NCBI RefSeq assembly: GCF_963921235.1
Contig: NC_086097.1
Span: forward strand, 207,020,001-207,084,000
DNA length: 64,000 nucleotides
Origin: Mobula hypostoma
Lineage: Eukaryota
Direction of reading: 5' to 3'
In this document: positions 59,909 through 64,000 of the stretch, in pieces
Numbering within the stretch: position 1 is the first letter of the stretch
Layout: each line of letters opens with the position of its first letter
Program-made: the position numbers and the translations under genes
The notes under the pieces: generated by a model
Seen by the model: only the letters and a program-made list of their open reading frames with translations
Told to the model about the DNA's origin: nothing
The model's database searches: none

Positions 59909-61905
59909 TAACCATGAGAGTCAGACGGAATCAAATGCTTTTTGGTAATCAATATAACAACATGAAAAAGTTCTGATTTTCCAACGAGTGTGATTAAGAA
60001 TTACAAAATCTATTATCAGTTCTTGATTACATCCTTTCATATCTTTACAGAATCCTTTCTGCTCTTCTGTAAGTATATTGTGGTTATACCAGTGAATGGT
60101 GATTAGATGTGAGAGGCATGATGGTACAATTTTATATATAGTTTGTAAACAAGTGAAAGGATGATACTGCTGGTACTTTTCAAGTTGTGGGTATTTTTAT
60201 AGCTGCTTTTCACATATCCATTTTAACTTCTGGTGTTTGCATGTCTTCAACCATGTGAGTGCACTCTTTTTCTTCCCTAATCCAGCTTGCTTCTCATTGG
60301 ACGTCACCCTGTTTGATCAGATATTAGACCAACAGTTCATAATCTCTGTGTATGTTGGTAATTCTGTGCTAGGGTTGGTGACATTCTGGTGCTTCAGAGG
60401 TCAAAGTCCTGCATAAACTTTTTCTTTTGATTCCTGAAGCCCTAATTCTGTTTTCTTCATCTACTTCATTTTATGTATCTATTTAGTCAGTGGTTTTGTA
60501 TGCACCAAGCTTTTGTTTAGTGTATCTATAAATTCTCCAATGCTTCTATTAGGTTGGTCATATATTGCATGGACCTTAGATTTCCTTAGTATTTCCTCAG
60601 CTTTTCTCCTAACTTTCTTGCTTGGGTTATCCATTTTAGACTCTATTAGGTGGGCTATTTCTGTTCTTAAGTGTTCATTTTTGTTTTATTATCTCTTCTG
60701 CCATTTTGGTGTTCTCATTACATTACTCAGTTTTGGGTTTCTACTAATGAGTGCTTCTATTTTGATGCCATTAATTCCACACAGTATGTTATTGTGTGTA
60801 GTTTTTCAAATATTTCAATTTTTCCTACATATGGTGGTAATATAATATTGTTGAGAGTATTAACTTTTTTTTTTCAAATTTTGATTCTGTGTTTTGCTTT
60901 GCTATGTAGAGTAATTTTGTTGGGTCAGGGCCCATATATTCTATTTGTATGATGTTAAATGTTAGGATAATTGTGTTTGTAAGCTCAGTTTCGTTATCAT
61001 CATTCTGCGGAGACTCTGAATCTGTGTTGTTGCTACTACCATCACGTTGTGGAGCAGTTGCTGAAGTAATTCTATTTTCATCAGCGCTTCTGGGGGGTGG
61101 CACCTTCATTATTTTCTTGTATTGTTTTGTGGTCTGTCAGATGGTTACTTTCTAGCTCTTGTGCAACTTCATGCTTTATTTGGTTTAATGTGTCCATAAA
61201 GATTAAATTATTTTTTAATTATCATTGAGCTGCTATTCATTGTACATTGACTTCCATGGAGGGATATTGTGCTATAAACCATTGATGAAGTTTGTCCCTG
61301 TATCCTGTCATGTCAGTCTAAAGTTCCCTTACTCAATAATATACACACATTATGAACGTATTTGCTTCTAATGACCATTTCATGCGTGTCTTTCTACTCT
61401 GAACTGCTTGAGTGGTCTCAGTTGTAAGTGGACAGCTCCCCTGAGAAACTCCTGCAGAATTATCACTCTATTCTGTAGACAACTCTCTATTTCTAAAGTG
61501 AAAGGTTATTGCTTTTTATACCTGCAGTCAGTTCTTAGTTTCAGCCATCCTTGACATGGAAAACAGATATTGACCAGAGAACTGCCCAATCTAGGTACAG
61601 AGCTGCCTGGATTTGTTTCTGTTTTGGTCCACGGGTGGTATTTGATTTCCCACTTGCCTTGTATATCTGCAAAGCTTTCACTAATCTGCCACCTGGGGAT
61701 GAACACGGGAAAGGACAGAAAACCCTGCAGTGGTTTAAACTATTAGGTCTACACAGCAATATTTATATAAATCTCCAGAAAGCCATAATACTGAACACCA
61801 TTCGAATAGTCCGAAAGCTCCTAGCAATGGAGAAGTGAATCTGTTTGGCTATGCCAGTACCTCAGGTTTTACAAGCTTGAACTGAGGAAAAAAAATAATA
61901 GTAAT

Positions 61906-62965
61906 AAAGAAATAAACAATGAAAATCAAGAACTTGAGATGAAGATGCGTTGAAAGTGAGTCCATAAGTTGTGAGAGCATTTCAGTGCTGGAGCGATTGA
62001 AGTTGAGAGGAGTTACCTCCACTTATTCAAGAGCCAAATAGTTGACAGGTAGTGACTCCTGCTGAACCTGGTTGTCTAGATCCAAAGGCTCCTGTACTGT
62101 CTTCCTAACGGCAGCAGAGAGAAACGAGCATGGCCTGGGTGGTAGGGTCCTTGATGACAGATCCTGCTTTCCCGTAACAGCATTCTGTGTAGATGTCCTC
62201 AATGGTGGAGAGGGCTTTACCCATGATGCACTGGGCCATAGCCACTGTTGTTTGTAGCATTTTCCTTTCAAGGGCATTGGTATTTCTAAACGAAGTCATG
62301 ATGCAACCAGTTAATATACTCTCCACCACACATCAATAGAAGTTTGTCAAAGTTTTAGATGCCATGCCAAATCTTTGTAAACTTCTAAGGAAATATTGGT
62401 TTTCCCATAATTGCTTTTATATGCTGCACCCAGTACAGATTCTCAGAAAATATAATACCAAGGAATTTTAGGTTGCTGACCCTCTCCACCTCTGATTTCC
62501 TGGTCAGGATTGGCTCATATACTGCTGGTTTCCTCTGACTGAAGTTAATAATTAGCTCCTTGATCTTGCTGACATTGATTAAGGGATTGTTGTTGAGCAC
62601 CACTCAGCCAGATTTTCAATCACCCTCCTATATGCTGTTTCATCACAACTTTTGATTTGGGCAATGACAGTGCTGTCCAAATATTCCAGGGTTGATTGTG
62701 GTGGACTTGTTGTGCCGGTATCCAAATTGGAGTGGATCCAACTTTCTTCTCAGTCAGGAGTTGATATGTTTCATCTACGACCTCTCAATGCAATTCATCA
62801 CAGTGGATGTAAGTGGTACTGAACAATAGTCATTGAGGTAGGTTATCTTGTTCTTCTTTGGCACTGGTATAATGGAAGCCTGCTTGAAGAGTGGGAGTAC
62901 CTCAGACTGCCAAAGCAAGAGGTTAAAGATATCAGTAAACACTCCAGCCAGTTGATCAGCACAGG
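61906..62965 (-). mobile_element. Old Rex1/Babar-type LINE
   Basis: KIKELIINF, KFLGI, VESILTGCI. Confidence 0.85.
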
Positions 62966-63359
62966 TCTTTATAACTTGGCCAACTCAATTCAATTAATCA
63001 GAAAAGGAACGGAAAATAGGAATAAACTGATATTTTCTTCTGAGTGGTTCAAAGTGACTGATGGAACACGATTACTATTTACAAGATACATCAAAAATTT
63101 GAATGAAGGAACTAATACAATGTCTTCAAGTTTACAGATGATACAAAGCTCAGTATTGCTCAGGGGTGTACTAGTTGTGAGGAATTTGCAAAGTGGTTTC
63201 AGTATGTTTTACACAAGCTGGTTGAAGGGGCAAGGGCATAGTAATTGGAGTTTAATGTGGATAAGTGTACAATTATCCACTTTGTTTCTAAAGGCAATAA
63301 AAAAGACATTATCAGTTGAATATTTACAGATTGGGAATGAGGAAGTAGCAAGGAAGAAG

Positions 63360-63870
63360 TAAGTGGCTGTTTGAAGGAGCATGTCAGAGCCTCATCGGGA
63401 ATGAGTCACTGTTTGAGCCAAGAAAGGAGGTGTAAGCGAAGCAGCCATTGTTGGAGTGGGGTAGTGTTAGAGTGGGCAACTCAACAGGCTTGGACAAGCA
63501 TAGACACAAGCTTTAAGTAAGTTTCCAGTAAGTTGTTTTTTTTTCTGTTAGTACATAGCTAGTGTGTTGAGAATGGTTCCAGATTTAGTGGTAGGTACCT
63601 TGTGTGAGATGTAGGCACTTTGGGAGACCTCTGGTCTCCCTAATAACCACATCAGCATGAGATGTAGCTTCTTAGAGACCATGTTAAGGAATTGGTACTA
63701 CAGCTCAAAGACCTTAGGTTCATATGGGAGAATCGGGAGGTGATAGATAAGAGCTACAGAGATGTAGCCATCCCTAAGTTGTAGAAGGCAGTTACCTGGT
63801 AACTGTCAGGAGACAGGGGAATAAGTAGCCTATGCAGAGTATCTCCTTTGGTCACTACCCTCAATAATAT
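63360..63870 (+). mobile_element. Old CR1 5' UTR and ORF1 start
   Basis: GCAGCCATTGTTGGAGTG head and LRDHVKELVLQL..L-like coil, homologous to 53950-54330. Confidence 0.7.
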
Positions 63871-64000
63871 TTAACTTACTTAATAGATCTAGCCATTCCA
63901 AACACATGTAACTTACAGAAATCAGTAAGTGAAAAACACCAGAAATATGCCGAATTAAAAGAGGAAATTAAAATACCTTGGAACATGAACAGGGTATATA

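Larger units (their letters stand above)
56990..61905. mobile_element. R4/Dong-like element: RT part 56990-57715 (-), N-terminal and 5' part 59960-61720 (-), 3' end 61735-61905 (+)
   Basis: FQGDS, NMDDLKLY, LTYSFGIISWSE; RMKWSLEANTFIMCVYY; LQKAIILNTIRIVRKLL; TAA-rich ends. That these pieces form a single element is inference. Confidence 0.7.

Overview
Repeat-saturated vertebrate genomic DNA. The repeat repertoire suggests a cartilaginous fish such as a ray, but that is inference. Most of the window consists of decayed and nested transposons: CR1 LINEs (one near full length with an esterase ORF1), Rex1/Babar-type LINEs, Penelope-like elements (PLEs; RT plus GIY-YIG, Cys-rich linker), R4/Dong-like and L1 fragments, Ty3/Gypsy remnants and solo LTRs, hAT and mariner MITEs, RTE-derived non-autonomous elements, and a tRNA-Asp pseudogene. 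No host gene is confidently identified; a few phase-compatible candidate exons lie on the + strand. The main signal is that most PLE terminal repeats carry a recognisable minimal type-I hammerhead ribozyme motif, and two copies have an intact core. An 11-bp target-site duplication (TSD) brackets a 2.7-kb unit (6159-8896) in which two direct, hammerhead-bearing PLE repeats enclose non-PLE cargo, a retrozyme-like or transducing architecture. Other notable structures are tail-out inverted PLE inserts with 14-16 bp TSDs, a hAT-in-hAT MITE that appears to have moved using a cryptic end, a fold-back mariner, and a 5'-inverted Dong-like element with a possible degenerate HDV-like ribozyme. All family assignments come from motifs read by eye; no searches were run.
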